NCBI GenBank assembly: GCA_951813565.1
Contig: OX638351.1
Span: forward strand, 1,408,001-1,472,000
Source: an uncultured Poribacteria bacterium
Lineage (GTDB): Bacteria > Poribacteria > WGA-4E > WGA-3G
Length of the DNA stretch: 64,000 nucleotides
Reading direction: 5' to 3'
This document shows positions 1 through 8,369 of this stretch, piece by piece; position 1 is the stretch's first letter; each line of letters begins with the position of its first letter. The position numbers and the translations under genes were made by a program. The notes beneath the pieces are model-generated. The model searched no databases and was not told the origin of the DNA. It worked only from the letters and a program-made list of their open reading frames with translations.

Positions 1-73
1 AGTTCTTGTAGAAAATGTATATAACTGGTATCCTACCCTAATAATTATCACACTATTATAGGAGAGGATACCA

Positions 74-1393
74 ATGCCAAGTATATCATTAAGTCCTTGT
101 GAAGGCAACGATTACAAAGCAGATTTTAACGAGTTTGTAAAAGAGATCAACGATCTTTATGTAGACATCAATTCTGACGAGGGTTTATCTTTAGGTGATG
201 TTGAAGTCCGTGTTTCCGAAGCATTTTGTTCTTTTAAACAAAAGTTTTTAGAAATGTGTGTTTCTAAAAAGTCAAATAAGAAAGAGCGTGAACCAGTTGA
301 ATGTCCAGCGTGTCAAGAACTTTGTCGTCCATTGCGTATGCGTGCGCGTTATTTCACAACACTTTGTGGAAAAACAAGCGTAAATCGTTGGGTGTATTGT
401 TGTGAACAAGGACATCGTCACGCGCCGTGGGAGGTCAAACAGAAGTTATTGGGTCAATACACGCGTCGTGTTGCTGAAGCGATGTGTCGTCTGTCTGCCC
501 TTCTTGACTATAGAGAAGCGGCATCGGAGTTGTCGCATCAAGGTATAGAAGTCAGCCACACGACGCTCCAACACAAAGTGAGTGAATGGTCAGAAGATTT
601 GAGCGTCTGTGAACAAGTGGCACCTCAAAAACTCGCAGAAAATGAGCGATGGCATGTGAGTTGTGATGGGTGTCATACCAACTCCCCTGATGGGTGGAAA
701 GAGACAAAAGTTGGTTGTGTTTACAGAGATTATCCACAATGTGGTTCTGATGCGGTGTCAAGTGCGAGAGAGACAAGTATCCGTTATGTCGCAACGCGTA
801 ATGATGCGGCACATTTTGGTAAGGAGTTATATGCGTTAGCAACCAATAGTGGCATCTACCAAGAAGCGATAGATACGCAAGAGATTGTGTTTCTTGGTGA
901 TGGTGCAGCGTGGATATGGAACTTAGCGGATGAATACTTCCCCAATGCTGTAGAGATTGTGGATTATATGCATGCGAAGTCTCATCTATATGATGTTGCT
1001 AAAGTTGCGTTCGGAGAGACTGAAACAGAGGCGATACAAGACTGGGTAAAAACGACAGAACCTATCCTTTATGATGGCAACATTACAGAAGTAGCCGCAC
1101 GCATTCGTGGCTTAGACACACAGACCCCGGAAGTATCGGATATTTTAGAAAGAGAAGCGCGGTATTTCGAAAAACACGCGAAGCGAATGCAGTATAAAGC
1201 GTTTAGAGAAAAAGGGTATCAGATTGGCAGTGGTGTGATTGAAAGTGCGTGTAAACATGTTGTCGGACAAAGAGGCAAACAAGCTGCTATGAGATGGGAG
1301 AAACCGGGTATCAATGCTGTGCTGAAGTGGAGGTGTTTGTTGAAAAATGAAGCATGGAATAATTATTGGTATACAAACACAAAAGCAGCGTGA
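74..1393 (+). mobile_element. ISKra4-family (UPF0236-type) DDE transposase
   Basis: 439-aa ORF with CPAC zinc-finger-like motif, 'SCDG', 'FLGDGAAWIW', 'VDYMHAKSHL' and 'GSGVIESACKHVV..R.K...MRW' motifs typical of ISKra4 transposases. Probable right end ~1401-1420 (ccaaaaactttacacaccc); left end lies outside the window. Confidence 0.85.
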
Positions 1394-1436
1394 TATTCAT
1401 GCCAAAAACTTTACACACCCTTACACACCCTTTTCC

Positions 1437-1465
1437 TTGACAACAATTTGTTATATTGATACAAT
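1437..1465 (+). promoter_or_regulatory. sigma70-type promoter
   Basis: TTGACA-N17-TACAAT upstream of the 1811 gene cluster. Confidence 0.6.
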
Positions 1466-1482
1466 GTGTTATGCTGTTGACT

Positions 1483-1782
1483 TATACCATTTCTAAATAA
1501 TAACTTCTCATTAACAAAAACGCGTTCGTAGTCGCGCAATTCATTGCCAAATCAACGCCAAGCGCACTTGGGCGAATACGCCAAATCAACGGTATGAATC
1601 ATGGCGAATGCCGGACGGGGAATGCCAAAAGGCATTCGGACCGTTGATTTGGCGCATTCGTCTTTAGGCACTCCCCGTGTGGTATTCGCCATGACTTGTC
1701 GCCTCGGACATTCTTTCTTCTGTTGATATTCCATTAAATTACAATATGTTAAATGGGACATTGTATTTTTGAATTGGTATTA
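1483..1782. repeat. Nested repeat: MITE-like shell containing a GTAG REP interrupted by a 153-bp nested hairpin insertion
   Basis: Ends tataccatttctaaa...tttgaattggtatta. The REP gtagtcgcgcaattcattgc|gcctcggacatt, intact at 4699, 41581 and 62041, is split here by 1548-1700. Confidence 0.75.
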
Positions 1783-1810
1783 TTTTTAACCCTTTACTTT
1801 TTGTATCGCT

Positions 1811-2830
1811 TTGATAAAAACAGAATCGCAGTTAGAATTATATTTATCGGAACCAACAACTGATGTGATATCGGCAATCGCTTCTTTAGAAGGGGATATC
1901 CTTATTCTCGGTGTTGGTGGGAAAATGGGACCGTCGCTTGCGAAACTGGCAAAACGTGCTATTGATTGTGCGGGCGTCGTTAAAAAGGTTATCGGTGTAT
2001 CCCGTTTTTCAACCGCTGGTATACAGGAATCCCTGCATAAAGTCGGTATTGAAACAATTATCGCGGACCTACTTTCGGAAAACAACCTGCAAAACCTACC
2101 GGAAATTCAAAATGTGATTTTTATGGCAGGCAGGAAGTTCGGTTCAACCGGGAACGAGGATTTAACTTGGGCATTGAACACCTACATGCCAGGACGGATT
2201 GCAGAAAAGTTTCGAGATTCTCGATTGGTTGTTTTTTCAACAGGCAATGTCTATCCGTTGACACCTATTTCACATGGCGGTGCGACAGAAAGTTCCACCG
2301 TTGCGCCAATAGGTGAATATGCCCAATCATGTCTTGGCAGAGAGCGGGTATGTTGTTATTTCTCCTCACAATTCGGAACACCGATGGTGATTCTCCGATT
2401 GAATTATGCAATTGAACTCCGATATGGAATATTACTTGATATAGCAGAAAAAGTTTACACCGGAGAACCTATATCTCTTGAGATGGGAAATGTGAATGTA
2501 ATATGGCAAAGGGATGCAAACGCTATAGCATTGCATTCTTTTACACACTGTCAAAGTCCACCTTTGATCTTAAACGTGACGGGGCCGGAAACTGTTTCTA
2601 TTCGATATTTAGCGATGTGTTTCGGTGGAATTTTCAATAAACCTGTCCATTTTGAGGGCGAGGAAGCAGAAACAGCACTGCTGAGCAATGCTTCGCTATG
2701 TCATCAGTTATTTGGGTATCCGTGTGTGTCTTTAGGTCAAATGATTGAGTGGGTGGCAGAATGGGTTCGGATAGGTGGGGCAATACTGCAAAAACCGACC
2801 CATTTTGAGGTGCGCGATGGTAAATTTTGA
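1811..2830 (+). CDS. NAD-dependent epimerase/dehydratase family protein
   Basis: Rossmann motif GVGGKMG, FSTGNVY, EYAQSCLGRE. Confidence 0.85.
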   Translation: MIKTESQLELYLSEPTTDVISAIASLEGDILILGVGGKMGPSLAKLAKRAIDCAGVVKKVIGVSRFSTAGIQESLHKVGIETIIADLLSENNLQNLPEIQNVIFMAGRKFGSTGNEDLTWALNTYMPGRIAEKFRDSRLVVFSTGNVYPLTPISHGGATESSTVAPIGEYAQSCLGRERVCCYFSSQFGTPMVILRLNYAIELRYGILLDIAEKVYTGEPISLEMGNVNVIWQRDANAIALHSFTHCQSPPLILNVTGPETVSIRYLAMCFGGIFNKPVHFEGEEAETALLSNASLCHQLFGYPCVSLGQMIEWVAEWVRIGGAILQKPTHFEVRDGKF

Positions 2831-2837
2831 CATACAA

Positions 2838-3824
2838 ATGCAAAATAAAGTATTGACAAAAAATGCGAATTCAATTAGTATAGCAAGTGTATTTTTTCTG
2901 ATGTTGGCACTCTTATTTAGAATAGATAGCGCATTCAGCCAACCACATTCTGTGCCGATTGCATTTGCTTCGGATATCAACGGAGACTGGGAGATCTATC
3001 TAACAGATTCCGTTGGAAAGTTGCCTGTGAATCTTACGCTCAATCCTGGAGCGGATTACTATCCAACATGGTCACCAGATGGCACAGAAATTGCTTTTTT
3101 CTCACGGCGCGATGCCAACCACGAAATATATGTGATGCGCGCTGATGGTACGCATCAGAGAAGGTTGACATACCACCCAGCAACAGATAAAGCACCTTCA
3201 TGGGCACCGGATGGCGAACGTTTGGCTTTTAGCTCAAATCGCACAGGTCATTTCAATATCTATCTTTTAGCGTTAGAGAGTGGTGTGGTGGAAAATCTGA
3301 CTGCAAACGTTTTTGAGGATGAAGTGCCGACTTGGTCTCCAGATGGAAAAAGTTTAGTTTTCCATTCAAAACGTCAGTTAAACTGGGACATCTATACTAT
3401 CAATGTTAACACCCGTGAGGAACAACGATTAACACATCAGCCATTGATGGACACCTATCCAGCGTGGTCTCCAGATGAAAAACGTATTGTATATTCTTCT
3501 ATGCGACAAGACGTTGATCAAGCAGACTTTGACCTTTACCTAATGGACGCTGCAGACGGTGGGAACAAAAAACCTCTTACTGATACACCAACAGATGAAG
3601 CGGTTCCAGCGTGGTCACCAGATGGTAGTTTAATCGCTTTTCAGTATGAGGAAGATGGGAGATGGGTAATTCATCTAATGAATGCAGACGGCAGCGGCCG
3701 TCGCGAACTGATTGACAACGGTGCTTGGGCAACACAGCCAAAATGGAAACTTAGTTCCACTATACTACCGATAGAACCGTTACTTCTACAATATCAGCAA
3801 TGGGGTAACCTTAAGACTCCATAG
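2838..3824 (+). CDS. Secreted TolB-like beta-propeller protein (PD40 repeats)
   Basis: Signal-peptide-like N-terminus, repeated PxWSPDG motifs, C-terminal IEP...WGNLK tail. Start set at ATG 2838 (ORF track begins at 2775). Confidence 0.85.
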   Translation: MQNKVLTKNANSISIASVFFLMLALLFRIDSAFSQPHSVPIAFASDINGDWEIYLTDSVGKLPVNLTLNPGADYYPTWSPDGTEIAFFSRRDANHEIYVMRADGTHQRRLTYHPATDKAPSWAPDGERLAFSSNRTGHFNIYLLALESGVVENLTANVFEDEVPTWSPDGKSLVFHSKRQLNWDIYTINVNTREEQRLTHQPLMDTYPAWSPDEKRIVYSSMRQDVDQADFDLYLMDAADGGNKKPLTDTPTDEAVPAWSPDGSLIAFQYEEDGRWVIHLMNADGSGRRELIDNGAWATQPKWKLSSTILPIEPLLLQYQQWGNLKTP

Positions 3825-3899
3825 GTTCCGTCAAATATAGGTGACGGGAAATAAAATGCGCAATATCTGCGTTTAATTTAACAACAAAAAGGAGATGTT

Positions 3900-4553
3900 T
3901 TGATGTTTTACAAAATATTAGTTTTGAGTATATTATTTTTAGCGGGTTTCCTACTCGTAAACGGCATCAGTTATAGTTATGACCGTGCCATTGAAGCAGA
4001 AATGGCTGACACTATTGAAACCCCAATGGTAATTGCCGAAGATGCAGATGCATCAGACGAACTGTATATTTGGATGGAAGGTGAACCTTTAACTGGTGGT
4101 GGTGATCAAGGTTGGGCAGAATACATAATCGATATACCAGAAGCAGGCACCTATGCGTTGTGGGCTCATGTTTTTGTGTGGGATGGCAACAGCGACTCGT
4201 TTTGGGTAACGTGGCAACCCGCTGATCCTGACGAAAATGCGCAGGAAACAAAAAATACCGAGTACCGATGGAGTATCGGCACAAAAAATGCATGGCACTG
4301 GGATCGTATCAATCATTGGTTAGATGGTGGCACCTTTGATCGCGAATGGGAACTACCAGCAGGAGAAACAACCCTACGTATTGCTGTTCGAGAGGATGGA
4401 GCAAAATTAGATGTTATCTTTATCACCGACAATCTCTCGGCAGATGAGGCGGATGTCAATCCGCGTTTTCCTGGTCCAGAAGATAACGTAACTCCCGTTG
4501 AACCGCGAGATAAACTAACAACAACATGGGGTAAAATTAAAGCGCAAAGATAG
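3900..4553 (+). CDS. Secreted carbohydrate-binding-module-like (jelly-roll) protein with TTWGxIK tail
   Basis: RBS aggag, signal peptide, IEAE...GTYALWAH...DGNSDSFWV...VREDGAKLD, ends VEPRDKLTTTWGKIKAQR. Confidence 0.7.
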   Translation: MMFYKILVLSILFLAGFLLVNGISYSYDRAIEAEMADTIETPMVIAEDADASDELYIWMEGEPLTGGGDQGWAEYIIDIPEAGTYALWAHVFVWDGNSDSFWVTWQPADPDENAQETKNTEYRWSIGTKNAWHWDRINHWLDGGTFDREWELPAGETTLRIAVREDGAKLDVIFITDNLSADEADVNPRFPGPEDNVTPVEPRDKLTTTWGKIKAQR

Positions 4554-4646
4554 GGCTTTGCAAAACACAGTTTAAGGGAAAAACCTCACCTATGTTTAGG
4601 TTGAGATAATCAAACCGATTATCTCAACATCTTTTCCCTACATATA

Positions 4647-4792
4647 TTATAGTGAAATCTAAAAATAACTGGACATTTTATTAAGGTTAGCGGCGCTTGT
4701 AGTCGCGCAATTCATTGCGCCTCGGACATTTATGGTGTGTTTGAAATCCGCATAAGAACAAAATGTCCAAATAATTATGGGTTTCACTATAA
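4647..4792. repeat. MITE-like element with REP core
   Basis: Inverted ends ttatagtgaaa...tttcactataa; internal gtagtcgcgcaattcattgcgcc at 4699. Confidence 0.7.
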
Positions 4793-4809
4793 ACAGAAAG
4801 GAGTTTTTG

Positions 4810-5484
4810 ATGAAATACGGTATTCTTTTTTCAACATTTATAGTTACAGTATTTTTACTAACATCTTTGGGGCTTGACGCTGAAGTTGAAATTGCACTTG
4901 AAGCAGAATTAGCAAATGTACTCCAGGCACCAATGGTTATTGCAGATGACGAACTGGCATCTGATGGGAAATACGTCTGGATGGAAGGTGCTCCCTTGAC
5001 GGGCGGCGGGGACCAAGGTTGGGTAGAATTCATTATCAACATTCCTGAAAGCGGGAAGTATGCACTATGGGCCCATACTTTCGCGTGGGATGGTAACAGC
5101 GATTCGTTCTGGGTGACGTGGCAACCCGCTGATCCAAACGAAAACGCGCAAGTAACAAAAAATACCCAGTACCGATGGAGTATCGGCACAAAAAATATAT
5201 GGCACTGGGATCGCATCAATCATTGGTTAGATGGTGGAACCTTTGATAGAGAATGGAAGTTTGATAAAGCCGGTGAAACGATTTTGCGCATAGCAGTCCG
5301 TGAAGATGCTACAAAATTAGATGCAGTTTTTGTTACCTCAAACACGGGCGCCGCTGCAGCAGGACAGGCAAACCTCCGACTTCCAACAGACGAGGATAGA
5401 GAGATACAGGTTGAAGGACTTGCTGTTGATGCAAAAGGGAAAGTGACAACCACCTGGGGTTCACTGAAAAAGGCGTATAACTAA
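4810..5484 (+). CDS. Secreted CBM-like protein, paralog of 3900-4553
   Basis: RBS aaggag at 4798, ATG 4810; near-identical core to the upstream gene; ends VDAKGKVTTTWGSLKKAYN. Confidence 0.75.
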   Translation: MKYGILFSTFIVTVFLLTSLGLDAEVEIALEAELANVLQAPMVIADDELASDGKYVWMEGAPLTGGGDQGWVEFIINIPESGKYALWAHTFAWDGNSDSFWVTWQPADPNENAQVTKNTQYRWSIGTKNIWHWDRINHWLDGGTFDREWKFDKAGETILRIAVREDATKLDAVFVTSNTGAAAAGQANLRLPTDEDREIQVEGLAVDAKGKVTTTWGSLKKAYN

Positions 5485-5893
5485 AAGAAAATGGATCATC
5501 CGATAGTCTTGTTCTATGAAGTGAAAGACCTTGTCCTATGGACTCTAAGTTTGGAGATACTTGATTGAGGAAAAAGGCTTTATGAGTCTTTTTCCTTATG
5601 AAGCGATTGTTTAGAAAAAAATAGGAATGTTCACGGTAGTAATGAATGTTCCATTGGTCAAATCCGCGTTCAAATTGAATGATACGTTCGGGAGGGCCGA
5701 GTTGGAACTGCAAATTTTCTGCAGCCTGCCTATCATGCTTAACAAGCGTGTACGTTAAATATACGAAACCCGAAAGAATTCCGGCAAGGGCAAGTTTTCC
5801 TCTAAGTTTAACCGAAAGACCCTCCGCAGGTAAACTCAAATTCCAGATTAAAAGCGTAATAAGAATAAGACAAAGCGTTTTTTTTATATTCAT
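5333..5893 (-). CDS. Hypothetical membrane protein (3' end overlaps convergent gene)
   Basis: 186-aa ORF with signal-like N-terminus and a second hydrophobic helix, divergent from nadA. Confidence 0.5.
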   Translation of the reverse strand: MNIKKTLCLILITLLIWNLSLPAEGLSVKLRGKLALAGILSGFVYLTYTLVKHDRQAAENLQFQLGPPERIIQFERGFDQWNIHYYREHSYFFLNNRFIRKKTHKAFFLNQVSPNLESIGQGLSLHRTRLSDDPFSFSYTPFSVNPRWLSLSLLHQQQVLQPVSLYPRLLEVGGLPVLLQRRPCLR

Positions 5894-5935
5894 ACTAAAA
5901 ATTTGGCAAAAATTTAGCGTTTTTGTGTGTTAAAC

Positions 5936-5964
5936 TTGACAAAAAGAGATTTTGTGAGTATCCT
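5936..5964 (+). promoter_or_regulatory. sigma70-type promoter of nadA
   Basis: TTGACA-N17-TATCCT. Confidence 0.5.
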
Positions 5965-6124
5965 AATAAGAATAAAGAAGACCCGCTAAGAAATGGAGAC
6001 TGTAAGCATTCACCCATTAATCAAAGAACATGATTGATGTTTACAAACTTTCGGATGCGTACAGTGGTATTAGGTTAAAATATCCATCAACATTTATTAG
6101 CGAATAACTTGGAGCGTGATTAGC

Positions 6125-7243
6125 ATGCATCCTACGGGAAAAACTCCCCCAGTAGAAAACGCGCTGAATGGTAGTAAGGAACTGACGTTTGAAGAAGTTA
6201 AAAACGAGTTATATAATCGACACCACCCGAGTTTAACATCTCTTGATATAGAGGTACATGCCAAAACCGTACATAAGATAAGAACGTTGAAGCGAAAGCA
6301 TAATGTTGTGATGTTAGGTCATAACTACATGGAACCGTTGGTTTTCGGACTGTCCGATAAAGATGAACAGGGTGACTCACTAGGACTGAGTATGTTCGCT
6401 GCGAAAACGGAGGCACAGTATCTCATTTTTAACGGTGTGCCGTTCATGGCAGAAACGGCTAAAATCCTGAGTCCAAACAAAACAGTATTAGTAGCAGACA
6501 AAACAGCAGGGTGTTCACTTGCCGATAACTTCGGTGCTGAAGATGTTCGGAAATTGAAAGAACTTTACCCTGGTGCCCCCGTTATGATTTATGTTAATAG
6601 TTACGCTGATGCTAAAGCGGAATCCGATATCTGTTGTACGTCTGCGAACGCTGCACACATCGCTAAATCCATGCCCGGAGATACGCTAATTTTCGTCCCT
6701 GATATCTTCTTCGCACAGAATTTAGAGGAAGAGTTGAAGGAAGAAAAAAATGTTGTCTATCCCGGTAAAGATAATACAGCACGCGGTGCGGTTTGTGAAG
6801 TACACGAAAAATTTACACTCTCCGATCTACTTGCGATACGTGAATCTTTTGAAATTCCGAAAGGGCATCCGAAACGTAAATTATATGCACATTGGGAATG
6901 TCGACCAAATGTCCTAAAGGAAGCCGATTTCTACGGTAGCACCAGCCAAATAATGAAGGATATAGCAGCACGTGTAGAAGATAACCATTTAGAACGGGCA
7001 TTTGTTGCTTCAGAATGTGAATTAACCTCCAATTTGGCACAAGAATTTCCAAAAGTTCAATTCTGGACAGCGTGTTCTGTCCGATGCTCACACATGGCGA
7101 AAGTCCGCTTGGACAAAATTGTGAATATCTTAGAAGCAATTGACAGCGGTGAAGACCTCGCCGAATATGAAGTTACGCTGGACCCAGCAGTAATTGACAA
7201 AGCACGTTTGCCAATTGAACGTATGCTTGAAGCGAGCGTATAG
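6125..7243 (+). CDS. nadA: Quinolinate synthase
   Basis: GHNYM, GDSLGLS, GVPFMAETAKIL, AGCSLAD, YVNS, CTSANA, CEVH, HWEC, GSTSQI, CSHM motifs. Start ATG 6125 (GTG 6116 alternative). Confidence 0.92.
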   Translation: MHPTGKTPPVENALNGSKELTFEEVKNELYNRHHPSLTSLDIEVHAKTVHKIRTLKRKHNVVMLGHNYMEPLVFGLSDKDEQGDSLGLSMFAAKTEAQYLIFNGVPFMAETAKILSPNKTVLVADKTAGCSLADNFGAEDVRKLKELYPGAPVMIYVNSYADAKAESDICCTSANAAHIAKSMPGDTLIFVPDIFFAQNLEEELKEEKNVVYPGKDNTARGAVCEVHEKFTLSDLLAIRESFEIPKGHPKRKLYAHWECRPNVLKEADFYGSTSQIMKDIAARVEDNHLERAFVASECELTSNLAQEFPKVQFWTACSVRCSHMAKVRLDKIVNILEAIDSGEDLAEYEVTLDPAVIDKARLPIERMLEASV

Positions 7244-7277
7244 AAACAAAATCGGTTTATAGTAAAATTTGACTCTT

Positions 7278-7305
7278 GGTAGGCGCGGTTTCAAACCGCG
7301 CCTAC
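7278..7305. repeat. GTAG REP hairpin, possible terminator between convergent genes
   Basis: gtaggcgcggtttcaaaccgcgcctac followed by a T-run. Confidence 0.65.
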
Positions 7306-7358
7306 TTTTTTTGAGGGGAAATAGCGAGGAAATAAACTGCAGGTCTGCAATCTATGTT

Positions 7359-8330
7359 CTAAAATCTTGTTATGACAGAAATTCGATGTGAATTGCCTAC
7401 ATAAGCATCTGGGACAAAAGCGTAATCGAATTGGAAGTCAATATTTGCTAATGAGTCCAGACCACTTTTCCGAACACCTATACCGATCGACAATCCGTCA
7501 CTCGGATTCTCGTTCAGACCGATACGATAGCCGACACGCGCAGCGACGATATCGTAAAACCACCGTTCAATACCGATATGAAAACTGGGATTCGCGTCAA
7601 TCAACGGGAGATGTGCATCTGCAACGAATGCCCACAATTCACGAGGAGGCATCGCTTCTTCTGCATCTGCTTCAGGTTGTTTCCACGTTCTGTAAGCGAG
7701 ACCAGCGCGGAGTGCCATCGGCAGATTTTCCCCACCGCCTAAGATACCAGCATTTTGCACGGTAAGCCCGATACCAAGATGATTGTCCATCAAGCGTAAG
7801 ATTACGCCAAGATCAGCACCGATACCGTAGACGTTTTGAATATCCAATTGCTGTGATATAAACTTTGCTGTGCCACCAATGGAAGCGGTTGTACCGAATG
7901 GGTACGCAAGAGATAAACCTGTAGCAAATCCACCTACCGTTACAGTGCTATCCGGGGTTTCTGTCGGACCTATGCGGCGTTCAATTTCAGTAAAACTTCC
8001 GAGAAAACTTGCACCCCACACGAATTGTTTCGCACGCTGAGCATATCCAATTGATTGATTGTTGATGTCAACAAACGAAAAGTGTTGCATTGCGGTAAGT
8101 TCTCGTGTATGAACGGCAGTTAAACCCGCTGGATTCCAAAAAATTGTGTTAATGTCGTTAGCGAGTCCCGTGAATGCGCCACCCATGCCGACGGGTCTAC
8201 TTCCCGGTTCAATCTTGAGAAACGCTGCGCCGGCGGTGCCAGCACTATCGTGGATATCAGCTGCGAAACTTTGAGGTACGGTTAGCAGTAAGGTTAAGAT
8301 TACAACTGCTACAACTACACTTCTGTGCAT
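7359..8330 (-). CDS. PorV/PorQ-family outer-membrane beta-barrel protein
   Basis: Signal peptide, 'AAFLKIEPGSRPVGMGGAFTGLANDINTIFWNPAGL', C-terminal 'DYAF...GNSHRISVITRF'. Confidence 0.85.
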   Translation of the reverse strand: MHRSVVVAVVILTLLLTVPQSFAADIHDSAGTAGAAFLKIEPGSRPVGMGGAFTGLANDINTIFWNPAGLTAVHTRELTAMQHFSFVDINNQSIGYAQRAKQFVWGASFLGSFTEIERRIGPTETPDSTVTVGGFATGLSLAYPFGTTASIGGTAKFISQQLDIQNVYGIGADLGVILRLMDNHLGIGLTVQNAGILGGGENLPMALRAGLAYRTWKQPEADAEEAMPPRELWAFVADAHLPLIDANPSFHIGIERWFYDIVAARVGYRIGLNENPSDGLSIGIGVRKSGLDSLANIDFQFDYAFVPDAYVGNSHRISVITRF

Positions 8331-8369
8331 TATCTATCTCCTTTTTCGTTTTTTCCGTTTTTTGAAGTC

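Noticed and set aside
1552..1761. Short ORFs across intergenic repeats (also 33771-33962, 60041-60499, 61866-62309, 62002-62238)
   Set aside because: They are translations of REP/MITE DNA with no protein-like features.
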